The position numbers and the translations under genes were made by a program. Positions 34,001-41,233 of a stretch of 64,000 nucleotides of DNA are shown here, one piece after another. Each line of letters begins with the position of its first letter. The stretch's first letter is position 1. This DNA comes from an uncultured virus (IMG/VR IMGVR_UViG_3300047548_000985) (lineage: Duplodnaviria; Heunggongvirae; Uroviricota; Caudoviricetes), in IMG/VR virus record IMGVR_UViG_3300047548_000985, positions 1 through 64,000 of that record. The stretch is one strand, 5' to 3'. The notes below the pieces were generated by a model that was not told the origin of the DNA, did not search any database, and saw only the letters and a program-made list of their open reading frames with translations.

Positions 34001-35824
34001 TGTAAATACTACCCCGTTTGGACTGGTGTAATATCTTTCACCTAGTATGTCTCTTTCAACATCAATAATAGTTTGGAATGTATCATCGACAAGTCTAATT
34101 TTCCCTACTTTATCTGGGTTACTTGAGTCCTGATAATATAAAGTATCTAGTTCTGCTGCTAAGTAAGGTACGAGTGTAATAACACCGTTTGGTGATCGAA
34201 TAAAGTTTCTGTTTATCCACTGTTTACCAAATAATGCTGTTATCTTTTGATCAGTAGGTAATGTTCCTGCTACGGTTAAGTAAATGACTGGATCTTCATC
34301 ACCAAGTAAATTCACTTGGAATAAAGTATTATTCACTACAACGTTTGCGCCATCTTCATAAACACCAGTGTTGGTTGACGCAACCATGAACCCGCTTGAT
34401 ATAGGAAGATTTAATTTACTGCCACCAGGAACAGCAGAAATAGTAAAGCGTGTTTGATCTATTATGTCTTTGATAAAGTATTCGGTATCAGTTGATAGAT
34501 CACCAAAAGAAATTCCGCTAAACGAAATCGACTCGTCTGGTTGGAATCCCACGGTTGAGTTACAAACAAGAACACCAGTTGTAAACGTAGAGAGCGTCAT
34601 TGACCCAACATCAGGTGTAAGCGTAAGTTTAACACCACCTGGAGTTGCCGAAACAGTAAAAGAAGTATCGCTTAGAATTTCTTTTATGTAGTAAGTAGCC
34701 GAAGAAGAAATGCCTCCAAACTCTGTTCCACTAAATGTAATTTCTTCGTTTTCAACAAACCCAGCAGTTGATTGGCAGATGATCGAACTATCACCGTAAA
34801 CTTCAAAAGCAGTATTGGTTAAGGTAGTGGTAGTTATTTCAGTTATATTTGCTGAGATTGGAGTATTGAAAACGGGATCATTTTCACCAAACTCCCCGTA
34901 ACCAAAGAACTTACTTACATATGCTTTAACACCAGGTTCTGTTCCGTAGAACATCAATGACTTGCCGTTTAGTGCTAGCACACTGTCGATTCCGTTTACT
35001 TCACTTATTCTTTTTCCGTTGATTTGTTCGAATGGCAACGAGGAAACAAGGTCTACAGTAAAAGTCCCCGGCACTTTAAATGCTTGCTGTGCGTCTCTGA
35101 AGGGAACGTCAAAGTAAATAACACCGTTGGAAACTCCATTGTTTGAAACACCTAGAATTTCTCTAGTGTTTACGTTTACTTGTATAGGATCATAACCAGT
35201 GACCCCAGGTACACCTTGAATCCACAGTGGGTTTTCTTGGTTTACTCTAAATGAGTAAGTTGATCCCCTCAATAAAAATATAGTAGGATTTATACCTTCG
35301 ATTTCGGAAGAATCACCTGTGATTCGATATCCCAAATTAGTATCAGTAATTGTAAAATCTATGTCACTGGATGCAAGTTCCGTTGTAACTTGAACTGCGC
35401 TAGGACCGGATGGAAGCCAATAATACTGAGAATAGTTAATTAGCTTGTCCAAACAAACAAACGAATCCCATGAATAGAATTGATTTGAAAACAATTTCTC
35501 ATGATTTTCTACGTTGCTGCCCTCGATCTTAACTGAATCTATAAACCCTGGATAGGTTAATAGATCCCTTGCAACGTCTGTATCTTTCTTCAAAAAGACA
35601 ACGGCTGGATCAAGTTGGTAGTCATTTCTTGATTTATTAAACTCAATGACATACTTATCCGATGCGTTGACACCGTACCCAAATTTACTACCAATAAATC
35701 CTTCAATTTTAGTAGTATTACCTGGTTGAACCAGTTGATCAAGCGTGGCGCTTAAAAACTGTTTGTTGTCTTTTGTTCTGAAGATTTCAGGAAGAAAATC
35801 AATAGTGCGAATTTTGGAAATCAT
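19100..35824 (-). CDS. giant multidomain baseplate/tail structural protein (5574 aa)
   Basis: N-terminal RTIDFLPEIFRT..FLSATLDQL, immediately downstream of gp6 (wedge gp7-like position); contains FG-GAP-like propeller blades, Asp-box (SxDGxxW) repeats and W..Y..G.IV.Y.G..Y carbohydrate-binding-like modules. Confidence 0.8.
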   Translation of the reverse strand: MISKIRTIDFLPEIFRTKDNKQFLSATLDQLVQPGNTTKIEGFIGSKFGYGVNASDKYVIEFNKSRNDYQLDPAVVFLKKDTDVARDLLTYPGFIDSVKIEGSNVENHEKLFSNQFYSWDSFVCLDKLINYSQYYWLPSGPSAVQVTTELASSDIDFTITDTNLGYRITGDSSEIEGINPTIFLLRGSTYSFRVNQENPLWIQGVPGVTGYDPIQVNVNTREILGVSNNGVSNGVIYFDVPFRDAQQAFKVPGTFTVDLVSSLPFEQINGKRISEVNGIDSVLALNGKSLMFYGTEPGVKAYVSKFFGYGEFGENDPVFNTPISANITEITTTTLTNTAFEVYGDSSIICQSTAGFVENEEITFSGTEFGGISSSATYYIKEILSDTSFTVSATPGGVKLTLTPDVGSMTLSTFTTGVLVCNSTVGFQPDESISFSGISFGDLSTDTEYFIKDIIDQTRFTISAVPGGSKLNLPISSGFMVASTNTGVYEDGANVVVNNTLFQVNLLGDEDPVIYLTVAGTLPTDQKITALFGKQWINRNFIRSPNGVITLVPYLAAELDTLYYQDSSNPDKVGKIRLVDDTFQTIIDVERDILGERYYTSPNGVVFTNGLKVIFFGDTFSPQYRNREFYVEGVGTGIKLIDVKSLVVLEKFSQGVYSPFDILSFDTQNYELTEEVPLTPDYITINRSSIDANPWSRSNRWFHYDVIAATARYNNDPTILGVLNSETARAKRPIIEFYPNLKLFDSGIQSKGIVDFIDFSVRNAFESSGPLRVAGFEVDSENNVFFFTSDQTNRGTATEDPTRLAAVPLFDGARVIFANEEDSVRRKTIYTVNIEKIKEVKVAVTKTEASDVITVSNTADLVVDAMLSLSGTPFGGLSPINYYIAEIIDETSIKLKDSSGTIIDISSGDADTGVMIGTLKINPIITLSETNEEPIQVGEQILVRYPNTPSMVSQYGKAFYFTGTEWETSQEKLTLNQPPLFDVIDINGVSLSDQTVYPSSSFLGTKLFSYGEGTGANDTVLGFPIKYSAVYNLGDISFDTNFNSDKFTYVQNRQVITKNVNEGYVQEFQTLNDYKKLLGWETAAGPSFQYQIFNIVPTSTTNSFVCDIPAKSVTQTPWAPVQVYVDNARLTPSQFTVLIEGNNTFITTSQLVSAGTPVQVLLLSEMVSKQAYFDIPLNLSNNPFNEDINSVSIGEIRGHYQTIFKNFPYISGSSLGSNNYRDQGKLINYGTKIVQHSASMVFSAMFLRNTSHNIFNALTYNANEYVKFKSLIVDTTTKVNFGNIYAPDEMLDSILELIASTKDSDSAFFWSDMVPLGTPYIINSYNFNNFTDTSQFNLSRVYNFGVANYNGVLVYLTRTQDGLTYRTLLVKDKDYVISDNSPSITVNVDLQIGDVITIKEYNQTYGSFVPNTPTKLGLYQSFEPTVYLDDTYLQPTYFLKGHDGSLTKLYGEYNDGLLQDIRDKVLFEFEKRIYNNLKVPVKPAMSSDDIKPGQFRSAIPLHDLNEMYSLGFLNWVGQNRLDFKTRFYDQDNPFTWNYTDSENRLLKTPIEQGGWRGVYLWLYDTDRPHVAPWEMLGFSNKPVWWDSRYGSAPYTSDNLVLWNDLANGIDWNNGSPRVIETRKRPDLLKIIPVDSQGKLISPFYTIVGNYNDVIFKNEWEVGDVGPTEASYIKSSTWPFDLMKLFVLTEPAKFFGLFIDTDKYRLNEEFNQFLLNNRRHYRVSDLEIYGSGIPKHSYINWIVDYEKQFGINAVEMLTDVKDNLDVRLAYRLAGFSDKDLLKFYVEKSTPTTKNTSLLIPDASYSVLLYDNQPFENIEYSSIIIQKTRTGHKIWGNSQNKAYFKTAVPKNNGIFEILTLGNRTVKVSKEYTDEIVAVPYGTEFFTIQAVAEFLKSYGVYLENAGMQFNQIESGNAISWNQMILEVLYWTQSGWEEGATINVNPSAKVITINKESSIVQPLTLKENIVLNQNLLPIELKDLCVYRDGTEFNVRALNEGDSLCFFKANLFNMEHVVVFNNTTIFNDRIYNLTTGLRQQRILVKGSKTADWDGSVNAYGFILNQDNIEEWKPNIGYTKGVIVKYKNNYWVATKVVQPSSSFSDTDWVKTDYNTVQKGLLPNPSLAAYESTIFYDINRTNLEYDTNLLGFSSIGYRPRQYLSDANLTDVSQVNVYKNMIKTKGTFNAANNFNGVTLQQGSIDYDIFENWAIKSGEYGGVLNASFFDVKLDQSKLISNPNIIGMIFNNSLTDVQQSVPLYDVYNFDRQLPNANVLPTTNYESSKLPYAGYVNFDDIKVNAYNLTSLTSNTESISTLYHNDYVWLADYKGTWRVYSPISLGAYDGTSCNNGVLVVECNNNLDGTVNLVFNAPHGLAIDDPFGLIYFSPEMDGYYTVLSTPAVNTVRVAKSLAFSMLNVRGAGLAFKFQPHRVSKGSEIASLPLTNTAFNSTDVWVDEDVSGAWAVYRKTLNYKEVLSLEKDSNTTFGEAVAYIPNLGFIVTEPKDGTVANVGKAFLYKIGQLESPEEIVNSETFGTTIAHSDDMVLISQPNGTLDTDRKIYVYQAITSNGLKELRLQQTIDAPNLSDTDWGTGLAISKDNQWIYVGSTANNKVYAYAKNQDWAFSSTGLVMTSATLVGQGFVTVTGNQTATILPGTRLSFSNSGNETYLVSGVSFDGTNSRISFTSTLTQPHAIGTIYFAKHNYYLVDDDFIVPATSIPTDKFGYRISTNDDGSKIFVSAPETNESSVLIETGTVHIFDRIVQTFEIQDSNETSVDLGWTPNTVTRVLKNFEPLRQVDDYSVNASVIEGLELSAGDIITVHTNKFVRIQTINSSEINDGRPHIRFGKGLDTSYAGDELLAGAPFRISSDGKEGVVYRFTNGGKKYGLIKATSDFQTIGSPVDILINGFRLTIQGDLATVVNSINTSGINNVNAYALENKLVITLINESLNPVHNKLNVSVFDASVLTSLGFTLYQKTQEITSVHKLGSSQFGDNIKFNQYGSFIVSAPADTRFTSTTFDFFDDSKDNDTYFDNDFTKFVDGTVNAGSVYMYDYLQNVNESIDDPGQFAFAQSIVDFREHNGIYPNFGRSLDFSYYNVMVGVPDYENVSETNGKAFHFENALNKANWSVFRSPSEIVDVNKLQDIQIFSSNTKETYGLIDYIDPLQGKLLGAVQQNIDFITSTDPAGYNRDGEILNGNLVWDKHYVGRIWFDTTNVRFVDYHQNDTVYNSKYWGTIFPGSDIAVYTWIESTVKPEAYAGPGVPKNTTDFVTRYETNAANILSPRYYFWVRNTGLVFENMGKTLSDVIIAFYILNPQNSGIAYFAGYSSDKFGLYNCAEFIKDDSILHVGVANGSSDDTSYQKFSLIREGNADDFLSGLPRRIQQEPTQLYAKFIDSLAGMDSNGQTVPDHRLPESLKYGVLVRPRQGFFVDRLQALKNYLTYANSVLSQFPITETRNPQLIFKTEFSEQGGEAYLVVDTPSYWELTNWWASGYSDTTKPTVEVARFSDLYTLEAYEGLIAAVARNGNGLRETHIFTQGNWVRIGLEKGTIQFKSSLWDYSSTNEGFGDGYFGSETFNQIPVEETKNIIRSLNEEIFVNDLIIHRNKSLILMFEYIKSENNLVNSYSNWLNKTSFVDVTQTVSELESSPKYQLADQTLLSGYINEVKPYHVVIKDFQLKYKKLEPYFGDISDFDLPAYYDENIDRFVSPQLTYGTSFGDSFNINEDIWQSGIYQSWFNNYGLRIEGVNDFQVSTLASYVSITATELFVDNGYSFPESGIIKVENELIGYTSINRITGKLQGVTRGAFESEPAVHLPGTPIITNLPGVVVLNSGRLYSFTPKVFASIDTTRYPAPRREAKFRVEMKGDRVSNIVVVDSGDGYAVQPTLTIEPSLTFNFVADDVDSSKNVITIENHSFINGDLVKFSTNEDPIPGSELINDYYYYVRVVGINKISLYFYEFDASVDTHRIALTGLELGSLSLTAKVVPIVSSSPAKQIKPKIKFDRTSFTTNITDWVSGAFYSGAIDQTNALASTQEETASSSGFSSLSNNLLFLIGKFIQDDGLVWSVDLTRTTLSPKQIDGARVIGVPEEVSVTKTFASPTPGGTPMVVNIVYPFFSNGNVYNKFGAIVTDGGSGFPVGHQVQVDGSEFGGVSGVNDVTITVMKTYEDFDQNTETAIEDVVYSLNVTGAPLRESLRVFYVKHLNNYIGEWNANTTYYYGQIVSFEGQQYALSHLGDWELDTAYTLGDIVRYDGKYYTPSQPVPNNTLPTETDYWGEITEGVMGVLPGSSNIWMTAVQKNQNSFALYENPTLTTKVVTGDYETNQAYLFIPEIFNFDASRVMFNGSLYECIESNSDVEFDYDKWREVKSDDVSLNALDRITAFYGPTVNMPGKDLTQLINGLTYPYNIYYGNPFAPEEQYPLDTILKDKPFYGIEQVVRDVVWDGNRYVAILNSETTASTCISEDGINWSIQSISTQKFDVSSIFYSGETQNLIIPITRSSATSDFITCASTLYLELDKPIVFSGNVPFGGIIVGQTYYVKSIENETQFTISETLAGPTKDLTDGIGYLTFELVGQRKREYYVTVKNSSTPMLVSYDAVSWISQGPLSSFDEGEYGDQGYDSSALAIETTQLNSVDYFDGVYISVGYEIFKSINGVDWNPVFTFSNAVDLLNEFNAVKYIDVSFFEGFVAVGKGQTSVVTDGVYSIQNTDLIAVSNDQGNTWTRISPVTNLSLNAIANNSSVIVAVGEEGTIIYSTNGYNWLATSSGTTETLRDVIYQNGNFIAIGNNGKIISSVDGMTWANVTGIDTTNDLYAITWSGTEYLIGSSNGVVFVSADGLNWTERRILSTADESLYNVTGDTFTAGYSPEEMMSGVITDTISMYVRTKPSAGWDPETYEYLGFEMTSFVTKPNASNQISFRGVIQTPTSINIFKILDTTNRGPRLYLDIDYTINWVTKEITLTSPLDSSYSIMVELYELGNGPQLVRSTTDDTPLREDSGDSIIYIDQLFSETSQGATYVFVNGQRLTTSSFGLEKSSDNRTILRFNSLYDPETTYISYVIYSDANGVYSIPEAEVFTFTSTRNFVLTNFLDSNAISTLIVSVNGVRLSNTKYSLAGNTLVIDNSVPLVVGDKIGVITFSNLTGQYMTLDAATATFAEIATLESINSVSVVTTKTPHDLTTGDVVLLNGVSGATEINLTPLQVEVVDSQTVRLYQVYIDNTVNIPLLASGTSSDGVIWGVKSGETIKGILLNNTKLGAMIDPNRLWVTVDGNRINSDKVFFYDYRGTNYVGLLTGVASTEQILINAMTPFVVPNQQEYRLFIDRLNNTTAYNINVFNKTWLVEPLFITDNQVILNDVTRVTTSETYTTLAREDDDGDYDYLYYEKLGYRLYELNLPGITTEIKNMTLRNLTKGITLVQSTTTQRNDFYWTRENLAIEVHMLVPLEDENTVFAKVQAGDVIQVDIDFGNFILVNGEEIRFSIINPTQNVSEIRIGRKYTIQTLGNADFTSLGASSNTVGVTFTATANGDTLGQATGTVIALNTLSGLTRGVNGTGAQEFIPSFTTVFSLLEADEIADLSSLTKYPPQ

Positions 35825-35852
35825 ATGGTATAATCACTTAAGGTTATACTCA

Positions 35853-35885
35853 TATTTATTGCCGCATAAAACTACTATTATTTAG
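35853..35885 (-). promoter_or_regulatory. tandem late promoters (ATAAATA 35853-35859; CTAAATA 35879-35885)
   Basis: Both motifs lie in the intergenic gap upstream of the 5574-aa gene. Confidence 0.55.
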
Positions 35886-35903
35886 GATCTTCTTCCTTTT
35901 ATC

Positions 35904-38900
35904 TTACGAAGGTAACAATTCTGCGTTTGTAAGCGCGGATACAACAACTATATCAGTTGCTTGTGCAGCGTTGACAAATATTTCATACGGAGCGCATCGT
36001 ATTTCATATAGAGCACCAAACGACAACGTTGGATCTTTTGGAACGATAACAACCGAACTTACATAGTCACCTAACTCTTTATGAAGATATGCAGATAGCT
36101 CAGAGAAGTAGAAAGTGTCTCCGAAGTTCCAATTATCAATATTGAAATATTCGTTGATTGTATCTAACACTGCTGAACGGATTTCTGAGTCGCTTGCTCT
36201 CGTAGAAGAGGATTTTATTACCTTTATGGTAGCTTGCAACTTAGGAGCTGCTTTATTTCCAAACAAAGGTTTAAACTTTACACTGTTAAGAATTACGCTG
36301 TCACTCATCATCTTATAATCGTTGATTTTGCTATATGCGTCAGTTAGCTGATTTATTGTAGGTATCTCTGGCTCAATTAACGTGTCAGTTGTATCCTTGA
36401 TCCAATTGTTATAACTATTGTAATAGGCCTGTGTTACCAAATACAAATCAATGATGTTGGTTGTACCTGGATTAATTCTAGATGTGTTATTTGAATTGTG
36501 CCTATATTGGAAGAAGAATCCTTGTCTACCAGTACTTAGTGTATAGTTCGAAAGTTCAACCACATTCATCAGATTTAAAATAGTATTATCTTTTTCAATT
36601 GTGAAAAACTTATCCATCGCATAAGCGTAGAATACTTGACCTTCAGGGTATTCATACTTTACTGTCTCTATTTGAGATTGATTAGCATAAGTGAAAACTA
36701 CATCCGAAGTTGGTACTACTTGCACTCTGTCTAAGAGGTATGCATCTGTTACTTTTTGGAAGAACGTATACTTTCCAAAAGTCGAGCCACCTTGTTCATA
36801 CCCAGTTAAAGAAGCAAAAAAGTCTGGATCAACGGTGATGTTGCTATTGTCTTGATGAGTGCAAGTAACTTCAACTGAATAGTCATCTGCGTATCCATCA
36901 GCTTGCACTGGTTGTCCAATGATGTTAAGAATATAATCTCTGCCCAATGCGTTTAATGAGTTAGGCTTTGTATTTGTTTTCAGCACGTTGATGTGATCTT
37001 TGAGAATCTTCCCACTCTTTGGATCATACACAAGCTTGTCAGTTTCAAATACAAATCTAGTATCAGCAACGCTTCCAAAGAAGTAAGATATGGATTTGTA
37101 TGTCATGCCATATCTATTGTTTCCTAAACTTGTAAATTTTATAAATGCATTTGGGTCATTGATTTCTGCGATTGACCATCTTTCCTGAACAGTGGTCAAT
37201 GTATTGTCGAATACCAATGAAAAATTTTGTCCAAGTTCAATTCTTCTGATACACTCTTGAATTAGTGATGATGATAAGCTATTACTGAATGATGGTATGA
37301 TTAAAGACATCTTACAACCATCGCTGATTATTCCTTTAAGTGTAATTGGTCCAGTGTTGTCTGACATTGCACCATTGCCAATATTATAACCATCACCAAT
37401 AACATTTAAAATACTTGTCCAATATGAAGTAGTTTGATCTGGGTTTGTTCCTAACGGGACAAGTTTATTCTTTTCGTTAAACGTAAATCCAATAGGCGCT
37501 TCAATTTTAAGAAGGGCGCCCACTGTTGCATATGCAAGGTTCGTCGTAGAATAGATACCAATTGGTACAGGAATCTCAACTGGTTGACCGCTTATAGTTT
37601 CTTTGACATAAAAATATCCAGTGCAATCACTACCATTAACTGAGAGTTGTTTCCAATAAACTGCGGTGGTGTACGGAGTAGCATTTCCAGGAACAAATTT
37701 TGGATCAAATCTTGAAAAAATCTTTTCGTAGTAATGTCTAACCCTTCTACTTCCTAATATGGAAACAAAATCTTCAGTTAAGAACTGAACAACGTCGTTG
37801 ACGCTGTTAACTGTAAAGGAAACGCTACCATCTGAATCGTCTTGAAACAATGCACCATCCGAACTAAAGCTATTTGTACTTGAATACTTGCTAGTAGGAT
37901 CGAGTAGGTCAAAGTTTCTGGCTACTCCAATACTGGTTCTATTAACTGCCTTACTTTTGATTATTGAACTGAAAAGTGTAAACGGAAAACTATTATAATC
38001 TTCTCCGTTTACCATTCTGTTTTGCGTATAGAATCTAGAAGGAGCACGTTCTTTTATATTTGTCAGACTTTCTCTTGCTTGAGCATTAGTTACAGGCAGC
38101 TGCAAGTCTAGTGTCATTGTAAGAGTTTCCACTCGTCCATATCTACTTTGATAAGACAACGAAACTGAAATATTTCTAAGTTCGTTAATCTGAATTGTAT
38201 AGGTAAGTGCGTTGCTCGATCTTAAATAAGCCCTAAACGTTCCAATAGGTATCTCACCAAATACACCGTCACCAAATATAAAACTAATTACATCGTTTGC
38301 ACCTGAATTGACTGAAAATACTTTCTTCTCAGCCGTTGACTTTCGCATAGAGTTATCGTAGATATTCTCTACTTGTGTCCATTGTGTTCTATCACCAGTT
38401 GTATTGTCAACTTGAAACAACCAAGTATCATCGTTATTGATTCCTTCTACGTTAACATCAACTACTTGATTTGAAACCTGCTGGCTGATAGTAAAGTCAT
38501 AGTTGATCAATGAACCTTGTTTGAAATAACAGAAGAACCCAGTGTTTGGAGAACCATAGCCAAGCTTATCATTTCTGTACAGAATATTAAACTTACCATT
38601 AGGTGAAGGAGGTATTTCGTATACAAAATCTTCGTCTAAACTAGTAACACTAACTAGTTCAAAGTTCATAGGTGTTCCGCTTACTGTTCCACTGAAGGGA
38701 ACGATCGGCAAACTATTGCCCGGCAAGCTAATAGAATACTCATCTGTTTTTACATTTTGAATAGTATTGGAATTACCAGGTCTTCCAACACGCTGTGAAT
38801 CAATCAAGGAAGCATTAATGATCGAATGAAACTGCTCAAGCCATTGTGGATTTGCAGGATCATTCCATATGACAGGTACACCACTTAGATTTAAACCATT

Positions 38901-39296
38901 GATGTCTGTTATATTTTCAGTTGTTTGTATGCTTGTTATTTTTATAAATCCGCGAGCGGCTAGATTTCGTTTTGGTGTATAGTTGATTAAGTTGGCTAAC
39001 TTAATTACGCTGTCTCTTCGTTCAGCAGTATCGATGAAATTTTCTCTTGCATTCAAGTCTCCTCTAAATGCAAGTGCTTGTCCCATAAATGCAATTATAT
39101 CTAAAAGAGCAATGTACTCACTACTTTCAGTATAGTCGTTAAAAGTTTCTGGATAGTACAATCGCAAGTAATCAACGAAACTTTTTCTTAACGTTTCGTA
39201 ATCGTAACTTTGAAAATCAGCTTGCCTAAATGTTTGGTAAAGGGTCTTCCAATCATTTGCGCCAAAAATTGCAGACTGTCTTGAACTAGTAGCCAT
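35904..39296 (-). CDS. gp6: baseplate wedge subunit (T4 gp6-like)
   Basis: DFQSYDYETLR...FNDYTESSEYIALLDIIAF...ENFIDTAERRDSVIKLA..INYTP; FGDGVFGEIP; TQNRMVNGEDY; C-terminal WNFGDTFYFSEL. Confidence 0.85.
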   Translation of the reverse strand: MATSSRQSAIFGANDWKTLYQTFRQADFQSYDYETLRKSFVDYLRLYYPETFNDYTESSEYIALLDIIAFMGQALAFRGDLNARENFIDTAERRDSVIKLANLINYTPKRNLAARGFIKITSIQTTENITDINGLNLSGVPVIWNDPANPQWLEQFHSIINASLIDSQRVGRPGNSNTIQNVKTDEYSISLPGNSLPIVPFSGTVSGTPMNFELVSVTSLDEDFVYEIPPSPNGKFNILYRNDKLGYGSPNTGFFCYFKQGSLINYDFTISQQVSNQVVDVNVEGINNDDTWLFQVDNTTGDRTQWTQVENIYDNSMRKSTAEKKVFSVNSGANDVISFIFGDGVFGEIPIGTFRAYLRSSNALTYTIQINELRNISVSLSYQSRYGRVETLTMTLDLQLPVTNAQARESLTNIKERAPSRFYTQNRMVNGEDYNSFPFTLFSSIIKSKAVNRTSIGVARNFDLLDPTSKYSSTNSFSSDGALFQDDSDGSVSFTVNSVNDVVQFLTEDFVSILGSRRVRHYYEKIFSRFDPKFVPGNATPYTTAVYWKQLSVNGSDCTGYFYVKETISGQPVEIPVPIGIYSTTNLAYATVGALLKIEAPIGFTFNEKNKLVPLGTNPDQTTSYWTSILNVIGDGYNIGNGAMSDNTGPITLKGIISDGCKMSLIIPSFSNSLSSSLIQECIRRIELGQNFSLVFDNTLTTVQERWSIAEINDPNAFIKFTSLGNNRYGMTYKSISYFFGSVADTRFVFETDKLVYDPKSGKILKDHINVLKTNTKPNSLNALGRDYILNIIGQPVQADGYADDYSVEVTCTHQDNSNITVDPDFFASLTGYEQGGSTFGKYTFFQKVTDAYLLDRVQVVPTSDVVFTYANQSQIETVKYEYPEGQVFYAYAMDKFFTIEKDNTILNLMNVVELSNYTLSTGRQGFFFQYRHNSNNTSRINPGTTNIIDLYLVTQAYYNSYNNWIKDTTDTLIEPEIPTINQLTDAYSKINDYKMMSDSVILNSVKFKPLFGNKAAPKLQATIKVIKSSSTRASDSEIRSAVLDTINEYFNIDNWNFGDTFYFSELSAYLHKELGDYVSSVVIVPKDPTLSFGALYEIRCAPYEIFVNAAQATDIVVVSALTNAELLPS

Positions 39297-39318
39297 AATT
39301 ATACTCTCAGATGTAGTA

Positions 39319-39325
39319 TATTTAT
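39319..39325 (-). promoter_or_regulatory. late promoter ATAAATA
   Basis: TATTTAT on the + strand upstream of gp6. Confidence 0.6.
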
Positions 39326-39343
39326 CGTCGGAAAAATTAGAGG

Positions 39344-39823
39344 TTACGCAAGTGTAGCGATCCCTGCAGCCTGATCAAAAATAAACTGCAAGTTTAAAAC
39401 TTCGTTGTTTGGTGAGATTGCGATTTCGACTTGTACCAAAATTGTATTGTTGTCGAATGAAACCTCAATGATGTTTGGAATGATCCTAGGATCTTGCTCA
39501 ATGATTCTTCTTACTTCTTGTTCGACTTGATTTTGAACAATAGTTGTATTGGGCTCAAATAAAAGACCCCACAAAGAAGTTCCATACGATGGGTTGCCTG
39601 GTTTTGATCCTTGTGGAATATTAAATGCATTGATTAAATCTTGCACCACTGCTTCATTATCCACTACTGTAAACTTTTTATTGTTAACAACTGGGATTAC
39701 TCCGCCATTGACGCCTCCGTAAACGCCAGTTGTAACTATTCCCATTTCTGAGCTAGTAGAGTTCACGCTCCTGTTTGTTGTTTTACAAGAATTTAACGTA
39801 GAAAACCCAATGTACGTTGGCAT
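39344..39823 (-). CDS. gp25: baseplate wedge subunit gp25-like
   Basis: VVQDLINAFNIPQGSKPGNPSYGTSLWGLLFEP...IIEQDPRI, the gp25/GPW signature; upstream of gp6. Confidence 0.85.
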   Translation of the reverse strand: MPTYIGFSTLNSCKTTNRSVNSTSSEMGIVTTGVYGGVNGGVIPVVNNKKFTVVDNEAVVQDLINAFNIPQGSKPGNPSYGTSLWGLLFEPNTTIVQNQVEQEVRRIIEQDPRIIPNIIEVSFDNNTILVQVEIAISPNNEVLNLQFIFDQAAGIATLA

Positions 39824-39825
39824 AA

Positions 39826-40677
39826 TTATTTAACTCCAGGAATTTGAACTCTTGGGTCAAACATAAGTGCAGCGTCGTAAGCATTTATAGTAGGTACTGA
39901 TGTGACTGTCTTGACTGCTTTAGTTGAAGCCAATACAGGAACTTCTGCACCAAATCCTAATGCGGCTGCTGCGGCTGCTAATCCTGCCATCACTCCAGAT
40001 GGTATAACGGAACTTATTGCATTCATTAAACTACTCCCTGCTGAACTTAATGCACTCGACACTTGACCAGCGATATTTCCTACTGCACTTGTAACACTTG
40101 AAATTGCACCATTTACCATATTACTAATTGATGAAATTCCACCGGTGAGATTATTCAGCCCTGCTGCCAATGACCCGGTTATGTTACTAACCGCGCTTGT
40201 GACTCCAGCGATTGCCTCGCTTGCAGCACCGGCAATCTGACTTCCTATTGCCCCAGCTGCTCCTGCTACCTGTGTAACTGCTCCTTGTACCGCAGATGCA
40301 GCTTGCCCAGCGATTGCAGTTGCTGCGTTTTGTAGCGAAGAAGCCGATCCCGTTACACCACCCAATGCAGATGTAACCGAGTTTATTGCACCAGATACTG
40401 CTCCTTGTGCTTGTGCGGCTGCACCAGACAACGAGTTAACAACGCCTGAAACTTGTGATGAAACTTGCGATACTGCGCTTGACACCGCAGACGTACCTGA
40501 AGAAATCAAATTGGACGCTGACGCAGCAACCCCTGCGACTGGATCAAGAGACCCAACTGCTTGTAGTGAGGCGGAAAGTCCTGCCATACCAGAAAGAGTT
40601 TGGTCTGCTAGATTTGCAGCAAATGTTCCTACGCTGCTTAAACTAGATAGTGATGATACATTAGGTGCGATTGCCAT
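39826..40677 (-). CDS. Ala/Ser/Gly-rich low-complexity virion protein
   Basis: 283-aa ORF tightly packed in the operon, made of amphipathic A/S/G/V repeats. Confidence 0.65.
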   Translation of the reverse strand: MAIAPNVSSLSSLSSVGTFAANLADQTLSGMAGLSASLQAVGSLDPVAGVAASASNLISSGTSAVSSAVSQVSSQVSGVVNSLSGAAAQAQGAVSGAINSVTSALGGVTGSASSLQNAATAIAGQAASAVQGAVTQVAGAAGAIGSQIAGAASEAIAGVTSAVSNITGSLAAGLNNLTGGISSISNMVNGAISSVTSAVGNIAGQVSSALSSAGSSLMNAISSVIPSGVMAGLAAAAAALGFGAEVPVLASTKAVKTVTSVPTINAYDAALMFDPRVQIPGVK

Positions 40678-40678
40678 A

Positions 40679-41233
40679 TTAAATTATCCCATTTTTTCTT
40701 GCTTCTATTGCATGATCCACACTTGTGGTTGCTGCAACGTTTAAAATTCCTGCTACTTTACCCGGTGGATCATCTTCTTGAATGATGTTTCTCATTATCA
40801 ATTGCTTTCGTGTAAATGAAAAAACATCAATCCTAGCATTTACTTGTGCAGTCTTGTTTAACAAAAACTGTGTTACATTATTTATGTAGTATTTACCAGT
40901 GAAAAGATTGGGAGGGATCATAGTTTCTAAACTTTTAGATTCGTCTATTCTTGCGTTAACAATGACATCTGACCCGTTCTTTAGTACACCTGCTATTACT
41001 AACTGAGTAGGTGTTTGCCCAAGATCACCGATTGCTAAAGTAACTTTGCCATCATAGTTATAGAATATTTCAAAGCCTTTTGTTTTTAAATTAGGGAAAG
41101 ACGCAGCAGCAGTTACTGCATTTTGTCCAATTAAAGCAGATGTGACGGTTGAATCAAATGCTCCCCCAATTGCGTTTGGCATAGGAACAGTTGAGATGAC
41201 TGCCTTAGTGACCAAAGCGTCTTTAATTTCCAT
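40679..41233 (-). CDS. hypothetical protein, possibly a degenerate lysozyme-like domain split from gp5
   Basis: TAATG overlap with gp5; GQTPTQL..AGVLK...FTGK..INN..QFL...AQ...VAGIL pattern. Confidence 0.55.
   Translation of the reverse strand: MEIKDALVTKAVISTVPMPNAIGGAFDSTVTSALIGQNAVTAAASFPNLKTKGFEIFYNYDGKVTLAIGDLGQTPTQLVIAGVLKNGSDVIVNARIDESKSLETMIPPNLFTGKYYINNVTQFLLNKTAQVNARIDVFSFTRKQLIMRNIIQEDDPPGKVAGILNVAATTSVDHAIEARKNGII

Noticed and set aside
19100..35824. Inteins inflating the giant proteins
   Set aside because: I saw no C/S...HN-C/S/T splice junctions or LAGLIDADG motifs; the length is explained by repeats and added domains.
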